A stretch of DNA of 63,970 nt, filler included, from Octopus bimaculoides (lineage: Eukaryota): assembly GCF_001194135.2 (NCBI RefSeq). It is 6 parts of 6 records of this genome, joined end to end, with 100 filler letters (N's around TTAATTAATTAA, not from the genome) between each part and the next. Parts side by side here need not be neighbours in the genome. Positions count along the whole stretch, not along the records: positions 1 to 20,578 come from NC_069002.1; positions 20,679 to 41,283 come from NC_068991.1; 4 more parts are not named here. The stretch is one strand, 5' to 3'. The notes beneath the pieces are model-generated. The model was not told the DNA's origin. It saw only the letters and a program-made list of their open reading frames with translations, and did no database searches. This document shows positions 11,896-22,615 of the stretch, piece after piece; the stretch's first letter is position 1, and the number at the start of each line of letters is the position of its first letter. The translations under genes were made by a program, and so were the position numbers.

Positions 11896-12012
11896 CTCAT
11901 CTCCATTGTATTGCTTCCAATAAGGTAACAAGTTATGGAGGGCAGTCAAACAGTAGTCAATTGCTCCACAAGCTAACAAGGCACTTGCTGCATTAAGGTT
12001 TATGAATGAGTT
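11896..12012 (-). CDS. UBR4: UBR4 exon: NSFINLNAASALLACGAIDYCLTALHNLLPYWKQYNGDE
   Basis: Matches recalled ATAAALLSSGAVDYCLHVLKSLLEYWK. cgttttag| acceptor, gag|gtaaaa donor. 117 nt, phase 0-0. Not in the ORF track. Confidence 0.93.
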
Positions 12013-12423
12013 CTAAAACGATGCAAAAGAGGCAAAGAGTTTAGTCAAAAAAAATTCACAGAATACAGCTGTTATCATCATCATCATCATCACAACCATC
12101 ATTCAAATGTTCACTCTTCCATGGTCACAAGGGTCAGGCAGAATTTGTTGAGGATGAATGTCCTTCAGTTGCCAACCCTCACCCGTTCCCAAGCAAAGTA
12201 ATATTTTCTCCATGGCCAGACATGTTTTCTGGGAAGATTGAAAATAAAAGATACCACCTGTATGGCAGTGACACTTGTTTACAACTATCATGAGATGTGA
12301 AGACAACATAAATATGCACATACACACACACACACAAACATATACTGTTCCGTGATAGAAAATTCAACAAAAAAAGTACTCCATCTAATGAGAGATAATT
12401 ATTTATTGAAAGGGCACAATACA

Positions 12424-12772
12424 TATACTCTTTTACTTGTTTCAGTCATTTGACTGCGGCCATGCTGGAGCACCGCCTTTAGTCGAGCAAATCGACCCCA
12501 GGACTTCTTTGTAAGCCTAGTACTTATTCTATCAGTCTCTTTTTGCTGAACCGCTAAGTTACGGGGATGTAAACACACCAGCATCGGTTGTCAAGCGATG
12601 ATGGCGGGACAAACACAGACACACATACATATATATATATACATATATATATACGACAGGCTTCTTTCAGTTTCGGTCTACCAAATCCACTCACAAGGCT
12701 TTGGTCGGTCCGAGGCTATAGTAGAAGACACTTGCCCAAGGTGCCACGCAGGGGGACTGAACCCAGAACTAC
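12424..12772 (-). mobile_element. SINE family B, cut by a gap
   Basis: Reverse complement of the 2928 copy, roughly 90% similar by eye. Confidence 0.85.
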
Positions 12773-13219
12773 NNNNNNNNNNNNNNNNNNNNNNNNNNNN
12801 NNNNNNNNNNNNNNNNNNNNNNNNNNNNNNNNNNNNNNNNNNNNNNNNNNNNNNNNNNNNNNNNNNNNNNNNNNNNNNNNNNNNNNNNNNNNNNNNNNNN
12901 NNNNNNNNNNNNNNNNNNNNNNNNNNNNNNNNNNNNNNNNNNNNNNNNNNNNNNNNNNNNNNNNNNNNNNNNNNNNNNNNNNNNNNNNNNNNNNNNNNNN
13001 NNNNNNNNNNNNNNNNNNNNNNNNNNNNNNNNNNNNNNNNNNNNNNNNNNNNNNNNNNNNNNNNNNNNNNNNNNNNNNNNNNNNNNNNNNNNNNNNNNNN
13101 NNNNNNNNNNNNNNNNNNNNNNNNNNNNNNNNNNNNNNNNNNNNNNNNNNNNNNNNNNNNNNNNNNNNNNNNNNNNNNNNNNNNNNNNNNNNNNNNNNNN
13201 NNNNNNNNNNNNNNNNNNC

Positions 13220-13313
13220 ACTAAGTTATGGGGATATAAACACACCAATGTCGGTTGTCAAGTGATAGTGGGGAGATAAACACAGACACACAAACATACA
13301 CACACACACATAC

Positions 13314-13346
<33 letters not shown>

Positions 13347-13535
13347 TATATACACACACACACACACACACAACAGGCTTCTTTCAGTTTCCGTCTACCA
13401 AATCCTCTCACAAGGCTTTGGTCAGCCCGAGGCTATAGTAGAAGACACTTGCCCAAGGTGCCACGCAGGGGGACTGAACCCAGAACTACATGGTTGTTAA
13501 GCAAGCTACTTACCACACAGCCACACCTGCACCTA
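13220..13535 (-). mobile_element. SINE family B with expanded internal (CA)n
   Basis: Head at 13490-13535, CA tract at about 13295-13372. Confidence 0.85.
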
Positions 13536-13951
13536 CATAACTCATTTCTTTTTTAAACTAGTTTTAGATTGTGGCCATGCTGGGGCACAGCCTGGAAGGG
13601 TTTAGTTGAACAAAAATCAACCCCAGTACTTACTTTTTTAAAAAGGCTGGTACTTATTCTATTGGTCACTTTTTACTGAATTGCTAAGTTAATGGGCACA
13701 TCCATAAACCAGTACTGGTTGTCAAGTAGTGATGGAGGACAAAGACACACACATGGTGGGCTTCCACACAGTTTCTGTTAACCAAACTCAATCACAAAGC
13801 ATTGATTGACCTGGACCCAGAGCTACAGCTGAAGACACTTGCCCAAAGGTGCAGTACAATGGGATTGAGCCTGAAAGCCTGTGGTTGTAAAAGGAACTTC
13901 TTAACCATACAGCCATACCAACACTAAAAGCAAAATGAATCAGCTAGAATC

Positions 13952-14246
13952 TAGGGGTCTTCAAACTTTTTAACTTGCAGATCCCTTTATATTTCAGGCT
14001 TTACCTTAGGGACCCCCTTATAAACGCTTATGAAATTTAAACATAAATATTTGCTTAAAATAACATATTTTTACATTTATTTATTTAACAGTATTTAACA
14101 AATAGGTTTATTGTCAATTAAAAGATTTTGATTAAAAAACATATATAAAATCAAATTGCCCATAAAAAGTATTTGCTGTCCACAGACCCCCTGTCTTGTC
14201 CTTGCGGACCCCCTGTGGTCCGCGGACCACAGTTTGAAAACCCGAG
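13952..14246. mobile_element. hAT-type MITE
   Basis: Imperfect TIRs taggggtcttcaaact / agtttgaaaacccgag, subterminal ggacccc motifs, and ctaga on both flanks. Confidence 0.65.
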
Positions 14247-14341
14247 CTAGATGATGGTGGTGGATTAGATGGAATGAAAGGTAGAGTTAAACTGATATGC
14301 AAATGAGTAATGTCTAAAGAGAAGGAGTAGAGATTCTTTAC

Positions 14342-14455
14342 CTCAGACGTTGATCGAGTGCCAGCTTTGGTGCGAGACAGCAAGACACTGAAAAGTCTTA
14401 ATAAGGCTAACTTCACTTCATGGTATTTTGATCTTTCAGAAATGTGATCCAATTC
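14342..14455 (-). CDS. UBR4: UBR4 exon: ELDHISERSKYHEVKLALLRLFSVLLSRTKAGTRSTSE
   Basis: Matches recalled ERSALNEVHLVVMRLLSVFMSRTKSG. aatttgcag| acceptor, gag|gtaaag donor. 114 nt, phase 0-0. Confidence 0.93.
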
Positions 14456-14641
14456 CTGCAAATTATAAAGAAATGTCCATGGACAAGTGGAGAGCTTAGT
14501 AACCTGACAATGAAATAGTTTGGAACAAAATAGGGGTCACAGAAAACATGAATCAGAAAACAAGAAAAAAGGAACATTTTTTTTTTTTTTGCACAAATGA
14601 AATAAAAGTATTTGTTTCATATGCAACACAAGCTTTTTTAG

Positions 14642-14849
14642 CCCTTTAACATTTAAACCAGCCATATCCAGCCCAAAATATTCAATCTATTTTATGTTAA
14701 ACCCAGCAAGATCCAGCCTCTTACACTGACTCTATGATGTCATTCTCACACCATTGAAATTTTAAAGCTGTGAAATAATGCATGAGGAATTCAAAACAAT
14801 GTGAACGAATAAGCATTATATTCAACAGAATAATCTGAATGTTAAAGGG
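14642..14849. mobile_element. piggyBac-like MITE
   Basis: Perfect 12-bp TIR ccctttaacatt / aatgttaaaggg with degenerate TTAA flanks (ttag, ttga). Confidence 0.75.
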
Positions 14850-15740
14850 TTGAGATTTGAGATATTACCGAGCAAAACCACAGAGATGCATTTGCATAGC
14901 AAGTGCTTGGATTGGAGATCACGTGCTGAAGCCGAAATGCACAATATTTTTGTCGGTAAACAAGTTGCAGTCTCAAGCAATGAACATTCTAACACCATAT
15001 TACAAACAAATGTTTGAGATGATGGGTTTGTGTGTTTCTGAAGGACTAATTTATATATTCCACACTTCAATCTCTTGAGCAAAAGCAGAAGTAGATTAAA
15101 AGTTTAAGTGAAGTTAACAGTTTTTATTTATTTTTTTGAAAAGCTGATTACGTGTTTTCCATGCTGCGATTGTTTTAGTTTCAACACAAGATCTCAGATC
15201 AAATCACTTGTGAGAAACACAATTCTGAAAATATAGCGAGAAAATTATATTAGAAGTACTGAAATAAAAATTTACACAATTTCTTGATCACTCTTCAGAG
15301 AAAACATGTCCAATCTCCCTCCCCAGGTGGATGCAGTCAATAGTTCCCCACCTCAATGTGACAAACATCTAACACACAGAAGGAATAGGTTCATATTTTT
15401 GTAAAGTTCTTTATCACATCTAATTGCATTAAGATACTGGTTTCAAATTCTGGTACAAAACCAGCAATTTTGGAGGAAGGGAGAGGTCGATTACATCAAC
15501 CCCAGTGTTCAGCAGGTACTCATTTTGTTGACCCTGAAAGGAAGAAGGCAAAGTGGACCTTAACCGAATTTGAACTCCAGTTAAGCATTTTGCCTGGCAT
15601 GTCAGCTTACTGCCTTAAAATATTGAAATTTATTTCTTTACTTCTCATTCATGCTGTGTATATACAGTATAGAAAATCATATAAGTATAATTTTATATAT
15701 TATATTTTTTGTACATGATATATAAAAAAAAATATATTAC

Positions 15741-15848
15741 TTTTCCTGGGAAATTCATTTCTTTCAGCATAGTAGTCAATAAGCTGTCTAAAGCAGCACG
15801 GTCTTTCTCTTCCTCATTATCAAGATCAGCCGTGAGAATAAGAACAAC
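15741..15848 (-). CDS. UBR4: UBR4 exon: VVLILTADLDNEEEKDRAALDSLLTTMLKEMNFPGK
   Basis: Matches recalled VILMLTTDLDGEDEKDKGALDNLL. tttctag| acceptor, aaa|gtaata donor. 108 nt, phase 0-0. Not in the ORF track. Confidence 0.93.
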
Positions 15849-16049
15849 CTAGAAATCAGATAGAAAAATAATCAAATAAGATATAAAAATTCAATTCAGA
15901 TTTGAAAAATTTACTTCAAAAGAAATCATTCAGAGTAAAGAGTGAAACAACAATGATATACTGTGAAGGAAACAAATGAAAATGAGTCTATTGCCACAAA
16001 AATGCTACAGTATTAATCTGTTCAAACCTTGCTTTATATAAATAGGCAG

Positions 16050-16430
16050 TGGAGGTGCAATGGCCCAGTGGTTAGGGCAGTGGACTCACAGTCATAGCAT
16101 CGCAGTTTCGATTCCCAGACTGTGCGTTGTGAGTGTTTATTGAGTGAAAACACCTAAAGCTCCACGAGGCTCCGGCAGGGGATGGTGGCGAACCCTGCTG
16201 TACTCTTCCACCACAACTTTCTCTCGCTCTTTCTTCCTGTTTTTGTTGTGCCTGTAATTCAAACGGTCAGCCTTGTCACACTGTGTCACGCTGAATATCC
16301 CCGAGAACTATGTTAAGGGTGCACATGTCTGTGGAGTGCTCAGCCACTTGCACGTTAATTTCACGAGCAGGCTATTCTGTTGATCGGATCAACTGGAACC
16401 CTCAACGTCGTAAGTGACGGAGTGCCAACA
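16050..16430 (+). mobile_element. SINE family C, full length with 11-bp TSD
   Basis: A box tggcccagtgg, B box gtttcgattccc. ataaataggca occurs at both 16038-16048 and 16431-16441. Confidence 0.9.
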
Positions 16431-17021
16431 ATAAATAGGCAAGATCTTTTACTACCTCAATAAGGCCAATAGCCTATCAAAATGTATATGCCAATATCCC
16501 AACTTTCAAATATTTTTGCACTTAATATTGTTGTTCTTTTCCATATGTTTACCAATTGATCTTTTTCTCACATCTTAAAAGCAGATGTCTTGGCCATATT
16601 TTTAAGTGGAATACATAACTTAAAAGCAAATAGTCTTGGCCATATTTTTAAGTGGAATACATGACCTATTTTTAAAATAATCAAGAAGTATTTTTTCATC
16701 ACAGGTATGGCAGTACAAACAGGAAAATAAAACTCAAAACATTTGAAAATTTAAAATTAGACCTCAAAACTTTTGATAAGAGACAGCAAAACTCTCAAAC
16801 CCAGAGTCACTTTGGAACTTCAGCCGATTAAATAATAGATGGAATAATTTTTTCCGTCATTAGATTAATGCTTAAGTACAACTTAAATATGAACACTTTA
16901 AAACGATCAGCTGTCTTCTATCATAGAAAGGAAACAGTCTTAGGTGGGTGGGTATCAAAAGTGTTCAAGGCAAATTTATATACCACATACACAAAAAAGA
17001 AAAAAGAAAACCCTACTGTAC

Positions 17022-17118
17022 CTGCATAAATGGAATTGCTCGTACACCACCAACTTCCCGTAGCTCATGGAAATGCTGCATAAGTTGTTCCATTAACATC
17101 AAACGAAGAGAATGTAAC
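17022..17118 (-). CDS. UBR4: UBR4 exon: (R)LHSLRLMLMEQLMQHFHELREVGGVRAIPFMQ
   Basis: Matches the recalled UBR4 motif RLHMVRLMLLERLLQ..LRNVGGVRAIPYMQ. ttttaag|g acceptor, cag|gtacag donor. 97 nt, phase 2 to 0. Not in the ORF track. Confidence 0.93.
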
Positions 17119-17379
17119 CTTAAAATAAAAAGTAAAACAAAAAACACATCAAATGAAAAAAATCCTAAAGCAAAAGTTTAAAAAAAAAATACTTTGCACA
17201 TTGAAAGTCTTAGAGTTTAGATGCACAAAATAATTTTTTAAAAATCTAATGGAAATATTTCACCTAACAAAATAACCATTATGATTAGTGGCACTGCATC
17301 ACTGAAGACTGGTTCTTTAGATTATTTGAGAGATCTTCATAGAAATAGTCTTATTTCCCAGACTGTAGGTCTTCCTTAA

Positions 17380-17554
17380 TCCTTTAGCATTCAGATGATT
17401 GTCAAACGCAATACTTATTTATTTACATTTTAAAAAATCAATCCTGCATTATCTCATAGCTTTCAGATATTCATGATGTGATTACTGGCCAGTTTGAACA
17501 TGAAACAGGTAAAATCTTTAGGCCTCTGGTACAGTCAGTTTAAATGCTAAAGGG
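17380..17554. mobile_element. piggyBac-like MITE, same family in opposite orientation
   Basis: TTAA at 17376-17379 and 17555-17558. tcctttagcatt / aatgctaaaggg ends. Relics of the same end at about 190-232 and 2545-2590. Confidence 0.8.
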
Positions 17555-18209
17555 TTAATCTGCTGTTAAAAACACCAATTCATTGCAAGAAAGAGTTGTT
17601 GTTAAGTGACTTAATCAGAGAGGGAGAGAGAAAGTGAGAGAGAGAGAGAGAGAGGGAGGGAGTGAAACAGTGAAAGAGGAGAGGGAGTGAAACAGTGAGA
17701 GAGAGAAAGCATAGGATTGTGAGGTCCACTTGGTCCCTTCTTGATGGTTTATCAACCTTTCTGGTGCGGGTGTTAGGATAAAATGCACCAAATACACACT
17801 GCTAAGTGGTTGGTGATAAGTAAGGTCATCCAATGACAAGTACAAGAACCAGTTTATGAATTACAGTGGCTCCTAATAGGAAATTACTTGGACCATAATC
17901 CATCTAACCCATGCCAGCATGAAAAGATGTTGAATGATGAGGGTGAAGATGACCATGATGAATTTAGACAATTAAAATTTTTTTTTATATATAGATTTTG
18001 GTGCAATTTGAAAGTTACATCATTTACATATACTGCAGTGCTTCAAGCAAATTACAAGACCCTTGCATAAAAGAAATGCAATTTAAATGGAACAAAAAGC
18101 ACATTTGTTCCACAATCTCCAGTAGCAGAAATCATTTTTTTACAGAGAGCACTTTTATTGTATGAACAGAACAATAACACAGCAACAAATTTTTTTTTTT
18201 TTTTGTGTG

Positions 18210-18650
18210 TGTTTTTGGTCAGTTAATGTTATTTGCTATTTGTTTCTATCTAGAAATCAAAGGAAATTACTACTATTCCCTTCAAACTTTGCTTTCAAAC
18301 TGACCTATTTTCCATTACATTTCAGAACAGATTCAGCTCTGAGTTGCTGAAGCAGAAATATCATTATAGCAAATATCCTGCTCAATACCACAGATTTGCT
18401 TGTTGTCTTTGGTCTGTAAGTGTTATTTGCTATTTGTTTCTATCTAGAAATCAAAAGAAATGACTACTACTCCCTTCAAACTCTGCTTTTGTGACCTGGA
18501 CATCAATGTTTTGAAACTGACCAATTTTTCCATTACATTTCAGAACAGATTCAGCTCAGAGTTGCTGAACCAGAAATATTGTTGTAGCAAATATTCTGCT
18601 CAATGCCAATTTGCTTGACCATCACCACAGTAGTGGGGGAGCATCATAGC
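18210..18650. repeat. Intronic tandem duplication of about 200 bp
   Basis: tgttatttgctatttgtttctatctagaaatcaaa...ttacatttcagaacagattcagctc occurs twice. The second copy has a roughly 25-bp extra segment. Confidence 0.9.
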
Positions 18651-18825
18651 CATTTGTTGAGTAAGATTCTCTGGGGGGTTTGAATAAATGCAACAAAAGC
18701 AAAGTTTGAAGGAACTATACTAGCCATTTTTCATACTTTCGAGGGGGTCAGCAAATGGGAAATAACAGTTGCTATCCAAGGACAAAATCCATGTTACACA
18801 ATGCAACTGACCATGGGGTACCTAC

Positions 18826-18982
18826 CTGTAGGTGGTATCGTGGTCAGTCTCAGTATCCAAAACTTCTCCAAGTTCGGGTGGCATGGATCCACTGGGTACA
18901 CCTACACTACTTGTTTCACTTCGAGCTCCAGTGGCAGTACTTTCATGAGCTCCATCACCATATGCACTACTTCGGCCACTCA
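18826..18982 (-). CDS. UBR4: UBR4 internal exon (first in window): (V)SGRSSAYGDGAHES...HDTTY(R)
   Basis: SVSGRSSAYGD matches UBR4 as I recall it. Acceptor ttttcag|tg at 18983-18984, donor ag|gtaggt at 18824-18825. 157 nt, phase 1 to phase 2, joins the next exon in frame. Confidence 0.9.
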
Positions 18983-19624
18983 CTGAAAACAAACACAAAC
19001 ACAAACACAAAATGACATCATCACAAATCATTATCACCAATAGAAGTTTCTAACTTCCATGTCTCAAAGAATCTACAAAGTATATCTCTAGTCATCTCAA
19101 TGCTGTGCCATCGATAGATTCAACTGAACCATTCCTTCCCAGGTTTATTTTGTTTTTGTATTTTTTTTTTTTACTTGCTTCTCTTCCACTTCTCCTAACA
19201 CTTTCTATTCTAGCATGGATCACATATCCCTACCAATGTGTTTCGTATTCAGCCATATTTTCAATGCATTTTATCTATGCCTCATACAGTTTGCTCTTTA
19301 TTCTAAGAAGTAAAAAAAAAAAAATCTTTGCTATGGACAACAGAAACAGATCCCTGAACTTTTTGTATTCATTTCTCACCATAATTATTCACGTTGTACC
19401 TTGAGGTACACCCTGACACTTCATTTCAACCATCCTTTTCTGCTGGGAGGTAGCCATGTTTATCTCCTCTACAGTAAAACACCTGTGTTTGTCCCTCTAT
19501 CATACCTTAGCCTCCCAAAACCAAGTACAAAGCCACCTCTCTCTATTCTTCTGTATCCAAACTCAGTCAAGGAGTCTAGTTTTGTGAGTTATTTGGTGAC
19601 CTTACTAATGCTGGTGCTATAGAA

Positions 19625-19790
19625 AATGCACCCAGTATACTTTAAGTGGTTGGCATTAGGAAGGGCATCCAGATGTAGGAAATCTTTCCAAAACAGACAC
19701 TGGAGCCCAATGCAGCCCTCTTGCTAAATGGATCTGGTCAAACTGTCCGACCCATGCCAGCATGAGATACAGACATTAAATGATGATGAT
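19625..19790 (+). mobile_element. Retroposon family A (diverged)
   Basis: ggcattaggaagggcatccag...cccatgccagcatg...aaatgatgatgat. Confidence 0.75.
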
Positions 19791-19949
19791 AAGTGCAATT
19801 TATCATTTTCCCCAAGCTTTCATTAATTAATTGCTGCAGCTGTCATTTTCTGTGACTGCACTGGAATATTTTGTAATTCTAGACGCCAAGAATCATCATC
19901 CTTTTAGCATCCATTTTCTATACAGTCATGGATCGGATATGTAGTCAAC

Positions 19950-20160
19950 CATCATCATCACCAACATTTAATGTCCATTTTCCATGCTGGCATGGGTTGG
20001 ACGGCTTGACAGGAACTGGCAAGGTCAGGGGCTGCACCAGGTTCCATAGTCTGTTTTGGATTGGTTTCTACAACTGGATGCCCTTCCTAACACCAACCCC
20101 TCTACAGAGTGTACTGGGTGCTTTATATGTGGCACCATCACCAGTGCTTTTTACATAGCA
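19950..20160 (-). mobile_element. Retroposon family A (diverged), inverted relative to the 19625 copy
   Basis: catcatcatc...ttccatgctggcatgggttggacgg...ggatgcccttcctaac. Confidence 0.75.
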
Positions 20161-20269
20161 CCTTGGTTTTAGGATATCAATTTCATTGCAATGGGCAGGT
20201 CTTCTCGAGCATAGCAATGCCCCACATACCTCGGTCCTCATATATAGGGATAAACACAGTCATCCTTAG

Positions 20270-20578
20270 TTGTTGTCGGCACTCCGTCGCTTACGACGTT
20301 GAGGGTTCCAGTTGATCCGATCAACGGAACAGCCTGCTCTTGAAATTAACGTGCAAGTGGCTGAGCACTCCACAGACACATGTACCCCTAACGTAGTTCT
20401 CGGGGATATTCAGCGTGACACAGTGTGACAAGGCTGACCCTTTGAATTACAGGCACAAAAGAAACAGGAAGTAAGAGTGAGAGAAAGTTGTAGTGGAAGA
20501 GTACAGCAGGGATCGCCACCATCCCCTTTCGGAGCCTCGTGGAGCTTTAGGCGTTTTTGCTCAATAAACACTCACAAC
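20270..20578 (-). mobile_element. SINE family C, truncated by the scaffold end
   Basis: Same body as 16050. The head is lost at linker 1. Confidence 0.85.
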
Positions 20579-20678
20579 NNNNNNNNNNNNNNNNNNNNNN
20601 NNNNNNNNNNNNNNNNNNNNNNTTAATTAATTAANNNNNNNNNNNNNNNNNNNNNNNNNNNNNNNNNNNNNNNNNNNN
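20579..20678. other. Artificial scaffold-joining linker 1
   Basis: 44 N + TTAATTAATTAA (stops in all six frames) + 44 N, 100 bp in total. Identical in all five instances. Confidence 0.95.
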
Positions 20679-21530
20679 AACCAGAACTTTCAGATAGGGA
20701 CCGTCGGACTCTTACGCGAATTATTAGAAAGGAACACAAAAGTACAGCTCCCAAAATAACTGCACAGCTTCATCACCACCTCCAGAACCCAGTTTCCACA
20801 AAAACTGTTAGCCGGGAGCTGCACAAAGTCGGATTTCACGGGAGAACTGCAATCAGAAAACGACTACTTTCAAAAACAACCTCTGCAAGGCGTTTAGAGT
20901 GGAGTAAAAACCTACAGAATTGGTTCCTAGTGCAGTGGAGGAATGTTATTTTCTCGGATGAGTTATTCTTTACCTTATTTCCGACCACCGGCCCAGTATA
21001 CGTGTGGAGACAGCCAAAAGAAGCATTTGACCCAGACTGCCTTCTTGCAACTGTTAAACATAGAGGAGGATCTGTGATGATCTGGGGTGGGGAATATATC
21101 TTGGAAATCCGCCAGCCCAATGGTTTCCATTCATGGCAGAATTAATAGTCAAGACCATTTAAGCATTTTATCTGTTCAAATAAATCCTATAGGATGATAA
21201 TGCACCAATTCACACAGCTAAAGTTGTTCCTGAATGGCACGAGGAACATTCTAGTGAAATTGAAGATCTTATCTGGTCACCACAGTCTCCAGATCTCAAT
21301 ATTATTTAACATTTATGGTGTATTTTAGAAAAAACAAGTAAGGAGTCAATATCCTCCACCATCATCACTACAAGAACTGGAGAATGTTTTAGCTGAAGAA
21401 TGGATAAAAATTCTCTTGGAAACAATTCAAGCTTTGTACGAGTCATGCCTCATTGAATTCAAGCTGTAATTACTTACCAGAGGCGGTTCTACCCCGTATT
21501 AAAATAAAATTTGTTTGAAATTTTAAGGTG
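20679..21530 (+). pseudogene. Tc1-family DDE transposase remnant, 5' truncated by the scaffold start
   Basis: ...TVSRELHKVGFHGR...WRNVIFSDE.F.LFPTTG.VYVWR...TVKHRGGSVMIWG, then after frameshifts DDNAPIH and SPQSPDLNII. Confidence 0.9.
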
Positions 21531-21536
21531 TTATAT

Positions 21537-21603
<67 letters not shown>

Positions 21604-21652
21604 CGTATCTCTATGGATATATATGATATATATGTATATATTACACACACAC

Positions 21653-21720
<68 letters not shown>

Positions 21721-22574
21721 GACAGACTCATTCCAATTTTATATATACGACAGAATCGATCAACCAAATCCACACTTTAGTCGGCCCGTAGCGATAGTAG
21801 AAATATACTCAACTCAAGGTACTACACGGTAGGACTGATCCCGGTATTATGTGGTTCATTTGCAATCGTCTAAGCACACAGCCACGCCCGCGCCTCTATC
21901 TAGACAATAATATATACCTGCACCCGCCCCCTCCAAACATAGTCCCCTAGTACATTGCGATGGATTAGTATCTGCACACTTAATTGTGTCAGTGATATTC
22001 AGTAGAATATCATTGACATGTCTCCGTCCAATTTAAAGTCATGCTACAAATAGTTGCTCAAGTTACCGTGCATTGTAATTGAACTCGAGGTTACTTCATT
22101 TCGAAGTGAAGTGAACTTTTCAACAATTTGCCCATGCTAAATGCACTTTCCTATAAATATAGTAATAACTGCTCCATCATACTTTTATTATTACTCTTTC
22201 ATATGCGCAATGCACACACACACGTACACATACACACGCACTCACATACACGCGCACACACACACATACACGCACACACACACACGCACTCACACAAACG
22301 CGAGCACACACACACATACACGCACACGTACGATGATGTATGTACGCACATGCGCGCGTGCGTGCATGATTGTGTTTGTGAGGCTTACTGCGCAAAATCC
22401 CGTTTGTCATTATTTCAATCATAATATCAGATTATAAATACACAAACACACAGAAGCACACACACGCACATACACACACACTTATACACAGACAGACAGA
22501 CACACACACACATATATGCGTATACATATATACGTATATATATATATTTGTATACATCTATTCATAGTAATCAA

Positions 22575-22615
<41 letters not shown>

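Noticed and set aside
14822-15082. Possible extra UBR4 exon
   Set aside because: The sequence is homologous to the foldback repeat at 8408-8560, and the flanking exons already join without a gap relative to the recalled UBR4 sequence.
20623-20634. TTAATTAATTAA as a homeodomain site or piggyBac target
   Set aside because: It is always centred in exactly 44+44 N, so it is an artificial linker.
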